From Tubulanus polymorphus (Eukaryota; Animalia; Nemertea): a stretch of 64,000 nt of DNA. Both the position numbers and the translations under genes were made by a program. Below, piece by piece: positions 11,313 to 62,400 of the stretch. The DNA lies in contig NC_134028.1 in assembly GCF_964204645.1 (NCBI RefSeq), positions 23,618,345 to 23,682,344 on the forward strand. The letters run 5' to 3'. Positions within the stretch are counted from its first letter, which is position 1. Each line of letters starts with the position of its first letter. The notes under the pieces were generated by a model, which searched no databases, was not told where the DNA came from, and was given only the letters and a program-made list of their open reading frames with translations.

Positions 11313-11318
11313 AATAAA
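11313..11318 (+). terminator. Candidate SF1 poly(A) signal AATAAA (a proximal one lies at 11033-11038)
   Basis: AATAAA followed by U/GU-rich sequence, upstream of the calcineurin promoter. Confidence 0.5.
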
Positions 11319-11589
11319 CTAGGCTTATTTGTATATAAATATGTATGATTTTAAGTAAGTGTATTTATTGGATGTATGGATTTTGCTTTTGGATTTTGGA
11401 CCTGCCGTTGAAGGAGACCAATGCACTAGCCTTGGAAGAATCCTGGTTCCAACTGATGACATGCTTTGTATTCTCAATTGAATCCATTCATTTTGAAGGA
11501 GACTTCAATATGGACAAGACTGTACTTGTATCGGAAATAGTTTATATGCTGATCCTTTTTCGGTTTGATTGGGATTCGAACCTGATGGG

Positions 11590-11906
11590 CATACATGGCG
11601 TTTGACGTAAAGCACATGGCTTTATTTACAAACAAACCCGATTAATAATAAACACCCATCAATCGACGAATCAGCGCCCGTTTCATGGTTGAGTTTCGTG
11701 TGACGTTGTATCGGTGATTGTGATTGGCTGTGAGTAGGTCTGCGCGTACAATGGTGCGCAGTGAGTAATATCGGATGCATAGCTTGTTTACGCCATCTTG
11801 ATATGAAAAGTTGAAAAATCATCTCGATTTTTATCGGAAATTACCTCGTCTATCGATCGCCATCGGGATATTATTTGAGGATTTTTAGAGGCCTTAAAGC
11901 CTTAGA
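11590..11906 (+). promoter_or_regulatory. Calcineurin A promoter/5' UTR
   Basis: CRE-like TGACGT at about 11603 and 11701, reverse CCAAT (ATTGG) at about 11723, YY1-like CGCCATCTTG at 11791, directly before the ATG. Confidence 0.5.
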
Positions 11907-50566
<38,660 letters not shown>

Positions 50567-51410
50567 TGAGATCGAATATACGGAACTGTTATTTGAAAAA
50601 AAAACCCAAAAAAACGAGAGACTCGAAATTTGGTGTGGACGTCGTGACTTGTTGGATCCGAGCGAGCCTTTCCATCCACGGTTGTTTTGTTACTATAAAT
50701 TTTTCTTGAATTATTGCTGAAGTTCCACGTGTGAATATTATTTATCTCGGCGAGTCGGGCGCGCACGCGGGCGCGGATAGACAAACGAACGGGGCGAGGA
50801 GCGACACGGATGCGTCGTCGCGGTCGACCGAACGAAACGACGGCCGTCCCGCGCGCTTGAAACGTTACAACATAAAACAACAACAACAAACTGGATTAGA
50901 TGAGAATGTTTGAACGAATGAGGCTGTACTTATTCCTTCACATCCCCGGGTGCCATCGATCTCAAACTGATTATTTTCGTTCATTTCTCCTTTTTTTTTC
51001 ATATTTTTCGTTAACGTGGTTTTTTTCTCTCCACTAAGTTGGCATGCTCGAAACCCGATAATAATTATTGATTATATACTTGATAATTATTAATATCACA
51101 TATATATATATATATATATAAACGAATATATATATATAAATATTACGAATATATTTACATCGTTGACGATCAATAGAAACCGGCAGTTGAAATAGTCGTA
51201 GAACAGTGTCGACGCGAGCGAGGAGAATAATGACGAGGATGATGATGACCTTGTCCTCTTCACTAGTTGTTTGTTGTTTTTTTTTTTTTTTCTTAATCGC
51301 GCCGTAATTATTATGATTAGATGAATAATAAACGAATGAATTAATTATCGAAGTTGAATATGATAGTAATATTGCAAGCATGATATTTTTTTGGCTTGTT
51401 CCCGCCCGCG

Positions 51411-51427
51411 TATATATATATGTGTGT

Positions 51428-51503
<76 letters not shown>
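51411..51503. repeat. (TA)n microsatellite in the calcineurin 3' UTR
   Basis: Direct observation. Confidence 0.95.
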
Positions 51504-51508
<5 letters not shown>

Positions 51509-54500
51509 GTTGAATTGTGAAACGTTGAATTGTAGCTTATGATTATTTGCGTGTTACGAAGATAACTGTTGACGACAATTCGTTATCTTATTTATTAACG
51601 AGCAGCGGTTATTAATCGCCAATTAGTGGTGTTCGCTGTAACGGAGCTAGGTAAAAAGTTGCGTTGGTTTCAATGATTTCGATGGAGACTATTATAAGTT
51701 TCTAAGCGTGCGAGTAGCAGTGAGACTCCGATGTATTGTATGTATATCAATGTTATTGAAACTGTTTTGTGTTGGGATTGTTGTTACTATTCAGTTTATA
51801 AATTCATTTGTCATCTTGTAAAAAAAGATAAGAAAATTATACATTTATGAAATTAGTCGCGTTGCTTTGCGTCTCGTCTGTGACTGAGATATGTGAATTT
51901 GATGAAATTTTTAAAGGCAGCAGACCTTTGGTATATATGATGAATTTGAATGATATCGTATCGAAGGGGGACGTCGTTGTTAACCGTCATTGTACCTTAA
52001 GAACATCATAATACAAAACTCGGCGAAGTCGCGTCCCAACTACTACGACTTGAAAGCCAGTTTCACCGTAGTTAGATTCAAAGATGGATCCTCCCGTGTT
52101 AGAAATTAAATCACATTTTGAACGTTTTGACCGGCATTGAAATTGATTATCATAGTTAGCAGTTAAAAGTAGTCGTTATTATAGAGATTAGTTTTCATTG
52201 TTTTATTCAATCACTTTCCGGATTTGTTTTCTACTTATTTTCGTTCAGTCTCTTGCATTTTAACCTGTGACTAAAATCACTTATTTTGTCGTTGAAATCG
52301 AATAATCGTTTCACTTATCAAAAAAAAAATTTAATTTTCAAATTTAAGAAATTGATTGATCTGAACCCTTTTTGGCTTACGAGAAGCTCTTGATTGATGC
52401 TTCGAGCCCTGAATTATTGACGTTACAAAAAACGAACGAGGTTTTTGAAATTCACCCAAAAAAAATGGATTGGTGATAAGTAATGTATAAAAGTCTGAAG
52501 GGCGTTATTTGTAAACTTGGTTCATATGTTAAGGGTATATGATTCTATGATGAATAATTTCGATTCTATCTGTTCACTCATGTGCTAGGTATAGATGTAT
52601 ATTTATATTTTTTAAAGACAGAGATAATATATTTATTATTACGTTTATTTTCTTTAAATTCATCGTGTACGCCTTCTCGAAGCATCCCGCTGATCACAGT
52701 GGCCCAATACACAACGAGAGGTATTATAATATAGCCTAAAATTTCTCCATATTGCCAAACAGATATGAAACCAAAAAACATAGAATTGTTGATAAACAAC
52801 TTGGTCTCGAGTGTGACGAAATTCGATGTGTTGGGTTTGTTGAGGGCAAGGTTTAGTTTATAGGCTAGTCATCAATGCGTTTGTTAGTTCATTACAAATA
52901 GTTTAAGATTGATTCTCGAATACGAACTGAGTTGAATAAGGGTCATGAGGCCCTCGGGAAAACAAAATCCTTACCATGTATATAAGGCCTATGGATATTT
53001 TGTGATAAATAGTAGACCCGGCTTGACTGATATTCCCAGCCACCACGGGGAAGTCTGCCTTTGATGTTCCATTCAATTACATGATCAACAACCGCGCAGA
53101 TCCCCGTGTTTTACGTGTGTAAATGATTTTGATGTTTAGCGTACGAGAAAAAACTATATTTTCATTCTTTGCTTAGTGAAATTTTTCATTTACGCTCTGT
53201 AGAAATGTCAAGTGAATATATATGTATTAAATAAAGGTTTGTACATTGATTGATGTTCGGGTCGCATGTTACCAGATATTCGGGGATTTCAGCCGGGTCT
53301 ATCTGTACTAGTCCTGAAAATCCTGGAGGAGTCATCGAAATTGGCGATTATTCTTTCAAGGCTTTAGAAAAGTTATGAAATTTAAGGTTTTGTGTCTGTA
53401 GCTATGAAAAAGATGTGGAATTTTGGAAATGTTGTCATCCGGATTAGTTTTTTTCTAGTGGTTTAGTAATAAGGCCTAGTTTTGTTTTCAATAATTTTCA
53501 ATTCTGCCTCAGTTTCCTCATTGGGTAGCTATGGAAACCTGGGTATTTTGCCCAGGAAAACCGAAAATTGCAAATAGATTGTTATTGATGGAATATCTGT
53601 TAATATGCGACACATTACAGAGCTGGATCCAGTTGGGCAGTTGTGAGTTAAACTAGTTAAAATCAATTCATTTTCAGTAATCTTAACTGTGGAACTGGAT
53701 CCTGCGTATTATCTATAGATGAATTTTTTTTCGGATGGTCCGGTTTGAATAGGTCACGTAGCTTTATATGATTAACGTATATAAGATAGAATAATCAATA
53801 CTGTACCGTTAAAAATAAGATTTCATTATCTCGACGCAGCAGCAGCAGCAGCAGCATCATTATCGTACATACGTAAATAGTTTAAAATGTGTCCTTCATG
53901 TGTGCGCGTGTCGAACAGTGCGTGCGTGCGTGCGTGCGTGTGCAAGAATGATGTAAAATGTCTCGCGCAAAAAGTTCTTTTCCGACGATTATCGATATAG
54001 TTATAAGATGCTGTTTAATGTATGTACATATATATATATATATATATATATAGTCCGCGTGGCGACTGTATCATATACAAATCTTTCTCTAGCTCTTTTC
54101 GCCGCCGCCGCTGTTGTTGTTGTTACTACTAAACAAAAAAAAGGATGGTTTTGTTTTTACTTCTTTTTCAGCTGAAACGACCCGTAAAACTAGTAATAAT
54201 GTATAATATCGTCCTCGGCCTCGATGTATGATATTTTCTGACTCGTTCCCCTCCCCCTGATTCCCGGCTCACTATGACGGATTGTTCATCCTGGTTATAT
54301 CGTTTTTCGGCCCTCTATGTATATGTATGTATGTATAATTTAACCTCTATGCACTGAAGTTTGACCCACCCTTGTCGGTTACGTATTTGTCCCGAGTGAC
54401 GATCCCGAGACCTACCCCCCCCCCCCCCAAAATTATGATAATATAATTGGTCGGAACATTTTATATTGTGGTGTTGCTGTGCTGAAATAATCAACTAAAT

Positions 54501-57224
54501 AATGAAAGTACTGCCTAGTAATTTGTTTTTGACTATTGTTTGTCAGAGAGTCAATCTATCAGTAAGAATGGTCAGTATAATATCTCAAATAGCGGCAGAG
54601 GTAAAGAATCGTAGATTCACTGATTTCGTAGATAGAAAATGCCTGATTCGTTTTGGATATCGCTACGGTCGTTGTTCATCTTAAAAAAGGTCCGCGGTCA
54701 ATCAGGATTTCATGACACCTATCGGAGGTTATCGACTCGAAACCTCAATCGCATTGAACTTCATCGCGCGATTGAATACTCTCTCCGCGCTCTCGATCGA
54801 TCTGAAAAAAATGTCTCGGTTGATGAAACGTCGTGTCATCTTTTTCTTATTCTTCCTTCAATGAGATATTATGATAATACGCGTGTACAGTAATCATAAT
54901 AATTAATCCTATATACATACATGCATACATAGGTAAATATGTCTCTGAAATAATAAAAGCAAATTTACGATTATCGTTATTCTCGTATTGTATGTATACA
55001 CGTATGTAAATTTTCAAACGCGCTTCAAACTTTTAAATTATTACTAGGAAATAACTGAATTAATAAAATATATATATATATATACATAAATACGATTGTA
55101 GATATATATATATATATAAAATCGCGATAATAGTCTTAGCGTATTTAAAATTGGAAACGTGGCATCTCGTGCTGTTTGATTTTAGCGGCTCGATTGTAAC
55201 GGGGAGCGATGATGTTGCGAACCGATTGTGAACGGTCTCTTCGAAATATAATTATCATAGACGACAAAATATTTCAGATTACGTTGAGTGATATTGATAT
55301 AAATATGAACATAATAAATATTACATATATTTTTAAGAAATATCGTTGAGTCGAAAAAAAGTATTCGTGAACATTAAGTTTTAGTCGGTAGGTAGGAGAA
55401 AGTCTTATTACATCATTTTCATTACAGACGTCCCGAGTTCTTTGAAACGCCCATCACTGTGTGCTGCTTATTGCGGTAATTTTGTGGATGTTACTGGAGG
55501 CCAGTTGCACAATCGTGGCTTACATCTAAGACCGGTCTAAAACCTCTAGGGCGTTGTAGTTTTGTAACCAATCTCACGACTTGAGATCAGTCTTAAGAAT
55601 ACAGTAAACTCCCGATATACCGCCCACATCGAAGCAGAACGATTTTGGCGGTATAGAGAGAATGGCGGTATATCGGGGGTGTTTAACTATATATTTGTTT
55701 AGAGATGTACATTGAGAAAACCTGGCGGTTGGCGGGGTAGCACTATATCGGCAGTCGACGGTCCTGAAACTAAGGATTTATTTTATTTGGAAATGACTAA
55801 TTCATTCAGATACATGATTTTTTTCTAGGATGTGGTCATCGAAGAACTTGGACGTCGCAAATTTCTTTCCGTTGTTTTGTATGTTAATATTAAGAAAAAC
55901 TGGTGTGTTGTTGAAAGTTATTATTATTCTATAGCGTAAAGTGGGAAATGCTGGTCATATAGATTTGCCTGTAGCGATAGGGTTCATCGAGGAAACCCCC
56001 TAAATCCCTTTAAAACCACTACTTACAATTGATCGTAGGTCGGATGTACTATATCTACTTAAACGTTTCAGAACAGGTTAGAATCGACTATAACTTTCCA
56101 GAAATTAGAAAATGGCTTTAAAAAGTGTCGAGGGTTAGGTGTTTTTTTGAACTGGAAGCGCCGCTTCGTTTCGATGTCAGTCGTGATCTCTTGTGAATAA
56201 AAATCGGTGAATTATTCGAAAAAATAATCGCGTCTCGTTGACGAATATAAAATACTACCAAAACAGATATATAATTCCCATTTTAATCGACATTATTTAG
56301 GTGTTGTTTTTTGAAAGTATCGTCAATGTGCAATTCGGTAACTTTGCGTACGCATGCGCCCGTGCGTGTGCAACAATAATCGATCACCGTGGCGATACGC
56401 CGGGTACGATTGTTGTTGCACACTCGGCTGCGGTGTTCTGTAATATAATTAATAATAATTATAATGATAATAAAAGTTAACAATGATGGTATAACGAATA
56501 CTTGCATGTAGTTATTATAATGAATTTATTCTCCTCGCCTGTTCCCCCCAAAAGTGAGTAAGTTTTGTGTGTCTTATAATATAAAAAATACCCTTGGAAA
56601 AACTGCCACATGACAGGGTCAAGGTCGCAATGAGACCGAACGTGTATCATATAAATATGTAAGCATAAACTCAGTTGTATAAAACGTAAGTTAGCGAAGA
56701 TTGATTAGAAATTAAAGATAAAAGTAATATCGGAATTAAATATAGGGAGTTTACTCGTCGAATAGGGGTTATGAGTTCTGTTATTTATGATATTGAATTA
56801 GAAGAATTGATACTGAATCACAGTCAGATGAAGATAAAGCGCGTTAGATATTTTTTTGGTTACGAAAAAGTGCGTGTAGAAGCCTCTGAAACTGTGATAT
56901 TATGACCGTAACTTAGAGAACTATGTCGTTAGAAACTTTCATCTTTCTCTCTCTCACTCTCACTCTCTCTCTCTCTCTCTCTGTCTCTTGATGGTTTAGT
57001 GTGTAAAATACATGAGGATCCCTGACAAAACAACTTACTACCAACAACCGATAGAAAAATAAAAACAATGGCAAAAATGATTTCTTTGTACAGAATACAT
57101 AAATACATACAAACTTTGACTGTTTTCAATGTTTTACATTTTTTCAGAATCTATTTTGTCATTTGTCATATTGTTGTTGTAAAATCATGCATGTATTCAT
57201 AATTGTAAAACATTTCTGTGTTTA

Positions 57225-57230
57225 AATAAA
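57225..57230 (+). terminator. Candidate distal poly(A) signal of calcineurin A
   Basis: AATAAA ending a U/UGUA-rich block; another at about 53230. Confidence 0.4.
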
Positions 57231-57711
57231 TTATAACATTTTCCTTCACGACCAGGAAGAAAAAGAGGACAAAGATATAGTTGACTTATTTAATTTCCGA
57301 GGAAGGTTTAGTTTTGTTTACTGTTGTCTCTCGACTTTATTCGATCGTGTCGTGTTCAACCATGGGTAACCCTACTTGTGGCTGCTTAACTGCTGTTAGA
57401 CCTAAAATTTATGACCCCAGACTCAAATCGGCCTTAACTAAGTTCTTTCCAAAAAGTTGCTCTCTGTAGACTGCCCGACAGTTGACAATTTTTGCTGTCG
57501 TGGAGTCCTCCAGTTCTTTTCATTTGGATATTCATTTCTGGGATTTGATGGCTTCTGCGAACCCGGAGGCAGTGAATGCCCTGTGACGGCATCCAAGAAG
57601 GAATCGTTCATCTGTCCTCTTCTATAAGTTGGTCAAAGATAACCATTAGAGCAGTCCTAGAGGTGAAAGAATAAACATGTGAACAAATTTTCTAATAAAA
57701 TACCATGTTAT

Positions 57712-57717
57712 TTTATT
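57712..57717 (-). terminator. Candidate TMEM11 poly(A) signal
   Basis: TTTATT on plus = AATAAA on minus, about 860 nt after the stop. Confidence 0.45.
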
Positions 57718-58579
57718 CGAGATATGGTTCAACATGTTCAAAATGGCATGCCACAACTAGCACATACATCAACCCTACATTCCAGAAAAAAAAGTTAAAT
57801 CACAATCTATGAACACAAGTCAACAGACTAATACTTAAAATGATAACGTATATACATTGCCTCTATTTCAGAATGAAGACTCGTAAGTAAAATCCGACTC
57901 AAAACTTACTGAAAACTATTCTGATTGTTTTTGAAAAGGAACTCTAAACCAATTTAAGTGAATACAATGTTCACAGTACCGGTAGTTCTATGTAATATGA
58001 ATAAACAATTCACCAAGTAGGAAAAATATGAACTAACTGTAAAAGATAACAGCTATTTATTGCTTCTTATCTAAGGGTGAAGTCTATCATCACTAAGGCA
58101 GTAAGGCCAGCAGGTTTTCTAAATATACGTGCGATTTTTCACACATTTCTCAATTTTCTGCTGTTAAAGATGAACTTGCGGCAGCACCGGCCGTGAATAA
58201 CAACTTCTAGATTCCTCAGAAACATTTAACAATTTTCGAAAGAATTTAAAATTTTTACTTTAACTTCCATCTTAAGACACTTGGAAAAGGATTTCTTGGC
58301 GTCTCAACCATAACTAAGCCTGAACAGGCTGTCTGCATAGAAATAAAGCCATATCTACCGGTTTTTCAATTTCTAAAAGGATCGTGTATAGCATCTTTTT
58401 AGCGGCAATCTATATAACTTCACACACAAAAACGTTTCTTGAGCGTTTAGGGGGCAGGAAACATCGTTCAACTGTGTAAACGTAACAGGGTTTGACTTCG
58501 CTAAGACCGTCCTCTCAACTCGCGCACAAAATCTCTAACGAATACTAAATAATTAATTACTCAATGCCTGCTATCGTTA

Positions 58580-59409
58580 TTAGTTCGAGTACCACGAGTA
58601 AAACTTCCATATACAAAAAGCTCCGGCCGCCAGCGATATCGAGTTGTGTAATATCTTCCGACGACGGTCATTCTTGCGCACGAGCACGACCGGCGAACTC
58701 GAGCCCAGATTGTGTAAAGGAAGCTTCTGTAATTTTTTCGGGTTGTATTCGACCTGGTATTTACAGCAGGGGTCGAACTGCCAGGATATCGCGTAGACGC
58801 TCGAACAAACGACGCTAGTACACCCGAGGGGTATATAACCGAAACTGGCTGTCGGCAGAGCGGCCGCGACGATGAACGAACTTAAACCGGCTAAAACGGC
58901 CGTTTTATGAAGACAGTTTCCGACGGTGATCCATTTCGCGGTTTCGTCGCCGAGTTTTGTCGGTTCGATGATTATAGTTTCGACTTCGGCCTCCAGGGCG
59001 CGCTCTAATTCGTTTTCGAACTCGATGTGAGCGTCCTCGTGTTCGTAGATCTCGTGTATAATAACGTAGTTCTTGACGTCATCTCTGAAAAAGAAAGCGA
59101 AGGGCTGAAATTTATACAATTTTTCATTAAGGGAGAAATGATGAGAATCATCGATAAGGTTTTTTGTGCCATTGATCGCCCCAAGCTTCCGAATTACAGC
59201 GGCTGAAACACAGACTACAAATTTCGATAGTGCATCTTCAAATTTAAAATTAAACAAAATCAAATATAGAAAGGCCTCAAAAACTCGTGTATATTTTTAG
59301 ATATTTTGGATTTAATATCTCCATTGGAAAAAAATAGCTCGACACTACCTGACAGTAATGTAATGACAACATTTATGCAAAGAACTGACCTATCCGTCGC
59401 GACCGCCAT
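58580..59409 (-). CDS. TMEM11: Transmembrane protein 11, mitochondrial (174 aa; exons 59390-59409 and 58580-59084)
   Basis: Exon 1 ATGGCGGTCGCGACGGATAG|GTCAGT; acceptor TTTCAG| at 59086-59085. HEIYE...ELERALEA...IEPTKLGDETAKWITVGNCLHKTAVLAG...SWQFDPCCKYQVE is the TMEM11/PMI signature. Confidence 0.95.
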
Positions 59410-62400
59410 AATTCGCAATATCAAGCCCCGGCCCGTGGCGCCCTCTCGTGTGATCTCAAAATATACACTGGAACGCGAGTATAAGTCAATTTAAGCCAAT
59501 AATCTCCAATATCTCCATACTATTGTTTGTTTAATATCTCCATACTAAGGGTTCAGCCTCGATCGAGGGATGTAGCACTGTTAAAGTGTTTTTGTTATAT
59601 ACTTGAAGAAATCTTTATTACTCACATGCCACAGTAAGATATCACTCGTGTACCAGATCGTAACGGTTAGGTGCTGCCCCTATAAATACCATTAACGGTG
59701 ATTACGTGAACTAATTGGATCGAGTTAGTGGCGGGCCGGACTCTCAGCTAATTGCCACAGTACTCATATTAGCAATTCACATACAATACTCATGTAAATA
59801 TCCCAATTAGTCGACCAAATGCGCCTACCACATTAACATCAGCCAAGTAAAAAAAAATTGTAATACCATTATTGTACGGTACCTGGAGAAAAGAGTGGTT
59901 GAAGCTTATCTGACCATTCTGCTATTGGAATGTTTTCTCGGACAAGGTTATCTATATGATTTTAGCACACATATAGGGATCTGGACAAATTCTAAATTCC
60001 TGATGGTCCATTTTGCGTACATACGGTCAAGGTAGAATATCAGGCCACTGCTGGCTAGTCCAATACAATTCAGCCGCACACAATACCCGACAGAACATTC
60101 AAATCGAACCGCCGTTGTATAGTCCTTCTCCAACTCTCCACCAGTGGACGCGGCCATGTTTAAACCATGTCCTAACTTCCCGAATTCGCTTCATTACAAC
60201 TAGGATATTTTGGTTCACGAACGTCCAGCTGACGAAAAGTAACTTATAAATAGGATTCCTCAGAAGCTCGGACTGGATTGGGACCAAACTGGAGCAAGCC
60301 CATGTGTGGTGAGATACATTTATATTTTTGATTCGGAAATAATTCAAAAATGTATAGGGGCTGTTATAGTTTACGTTTTTTGACGTTGACATCGTGAACA
60401 TACTATCTGTGCAGTTTTGTTATTGACTAACTCCCCTCAAACACCAACCCTCTCTTGCTGCTTTCTGTCTGCCCTAACTATCCGGCTCCGTTCTGTCTCC
60501 ATCTCCTTCCCTCTTCGACTGTGGTTTGTGTATATACCGATCATGTTAACCGCTGTCCTATCCCCTCCCTTCCACCGCCCCTCTCTCTCCCTCCCGCCAC
60601 CCCTCGCTCTAGCTGTGGTTCATGTAAATGTGGAACTAACCCACAGTCCAGTTACTGACTTTATTAGATTTCCATTTTTCCTTCTTATACAACCAAGGTT
60701 CTGAAATTCCACCGTTGTCAAACTCACTGTTGTAAACGTGTCTGAAAAATACTGTAGTTCTGTATTTTGTACTCCGAGCAGCTAGGACGGCGAGGTCCAT
60801 TATTTGATAAATCAACTGATTAAACCGATGTTTTCGGTTTTGACAAAAGCAGTCAATGAGTTTTTCTTTTTAATCGAACCTTTAAAACACCTGCTTTAAG
60901 GTCTGATGGTAAAACAGATTTAACGTCCCTTTTTGCGCTACGTTTCTTGTATTTTTCATGTTATAAATCTTATACTGTCTGATGTCTTGAAAATCATTCG
61001 GATGCTTGCTTAAAACATTAGTTAGATGTTATTTCTGTGTACGGGGATAATTTTTTAAGATCAATTTTTGAATTTATTTTTGTGGGTGAACCGCTGAGTT
61101 GCATTGGAAAGCTGATGTCAGAACCCCAGTTAAATTTCAATCCAGACGATACCTGAATTATTGGAATTTTTGTTTTTCTGAAGACAAACTGAACTCGAGG
61201 AAGAGAAGGAGATTTTTGTTGAAACTTCCAAACAAAACGCGAGTTCTTTGCGCTGTGTACGCGATTTATTAGGAAACTTTTGAATGAAATATACATTTGT
61301 CAGGAAAGATTTATTTGAAAGCTAATGTCGGAATGCACCGCTTAAACTTTGAATACATTCCGATATAAGGCTATTTACTTCAACCTTCTCATTATTGATA
61401 CAGAAAGATACCATATCGAAAATGCTTATTAGATTAACAATATCTAAAAAAGATCCCAAAGATTCGGAGGGAAGTTAATTTTGTTCCCGACGGAAATTCT
61501 ATTCACAAGTTTTGATGGTAGGCTTTTTACTCCTCGAGATGTTTATCTGATCTTTATAAATTCCTCGTCCAGCAAGCTTTTACATTTCCGGGGTTTGAAC
61601 CCGGTATAAATCTATAGATGAGTTTTATACAGTAGTTCCAGGTAATGAACCCGTACAGTTGAACCCGTTTGAGTTGTCCACTAGTCCGAGGATCGAACCC
61701 GGCACCTGATGTGTGATTCGTTGCTGTTTTAATTTATTCATTGGATCGTAAGTCTGCCAAAGGGGTATTGCATCGCACGCCCAACCTTTTCCAAGCAACT
61801 GTTCTCAAAACGGCGGGAAGAATATTCGTAAAAACAAAAAAAAACGTAAAAGAGAATAAGAAAATGATGAAATAAAACAGGTAAGTAAAAATGCGAACTT
61901 ATGTCGCTCATCACGACAAGTGTTTAAGGGTATGATCCACGGAGTTTGGACAGCCTTTCAATCCACTACAGAGGGGTCTGAGTATATAGTGACTGATGAG
62001 GTCATCTTGTACGAAGGGACAGGTTCACTGCGTGTCCGAGGATGTGCTTTGAGCCCCCCGCCTCTAAAAAAAACACTCAAAGAAAAGCTTCATAGAAAGC
62101 TCTGTTCGCAAATGAAAAAGAAAAAAAAGAAAATGAGAAAAAAGAAACGGCCGTAGAGAGAGCAAGCTGCTTGAAAAAGGTATTTCGATAGTTCCACAGA
62201 CACTCTTCGCAAAAAGCAGTGAAGGATCATATGTCATCATCAGAAACAGATGCAGAATTCTTATTGATATAGTTTATGATATATAATCTGATATATATTA
62301 ATATATCATTATATATATAATAATATCTTATAATAATCTAATCTGATACCGTGCTTGAATTCATTAGAAAACTCCTCCTCTTTCCATTTGGAAGAATCTT

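Noticed and set aside
53505-53521. 17-nt match to the MIR CORE consensus (TGCCTCAGTTTCCTCAT)
   Set aside because: Flanks do not extend the match; cannot be separated from chance.
59085-59263. N-terminal extension of the TMEM11 ORF in the six-frame track
   Set aside because: Intronic; a proper acceptor at 59086-59085 and a phase-compatible first exon at 59390-59409 explain the gene.
61920-62156. Lys-rich 78-aa ORF
   Set aside because: Non-ATG start, poly-A-driven Lys run, no recognisable family.
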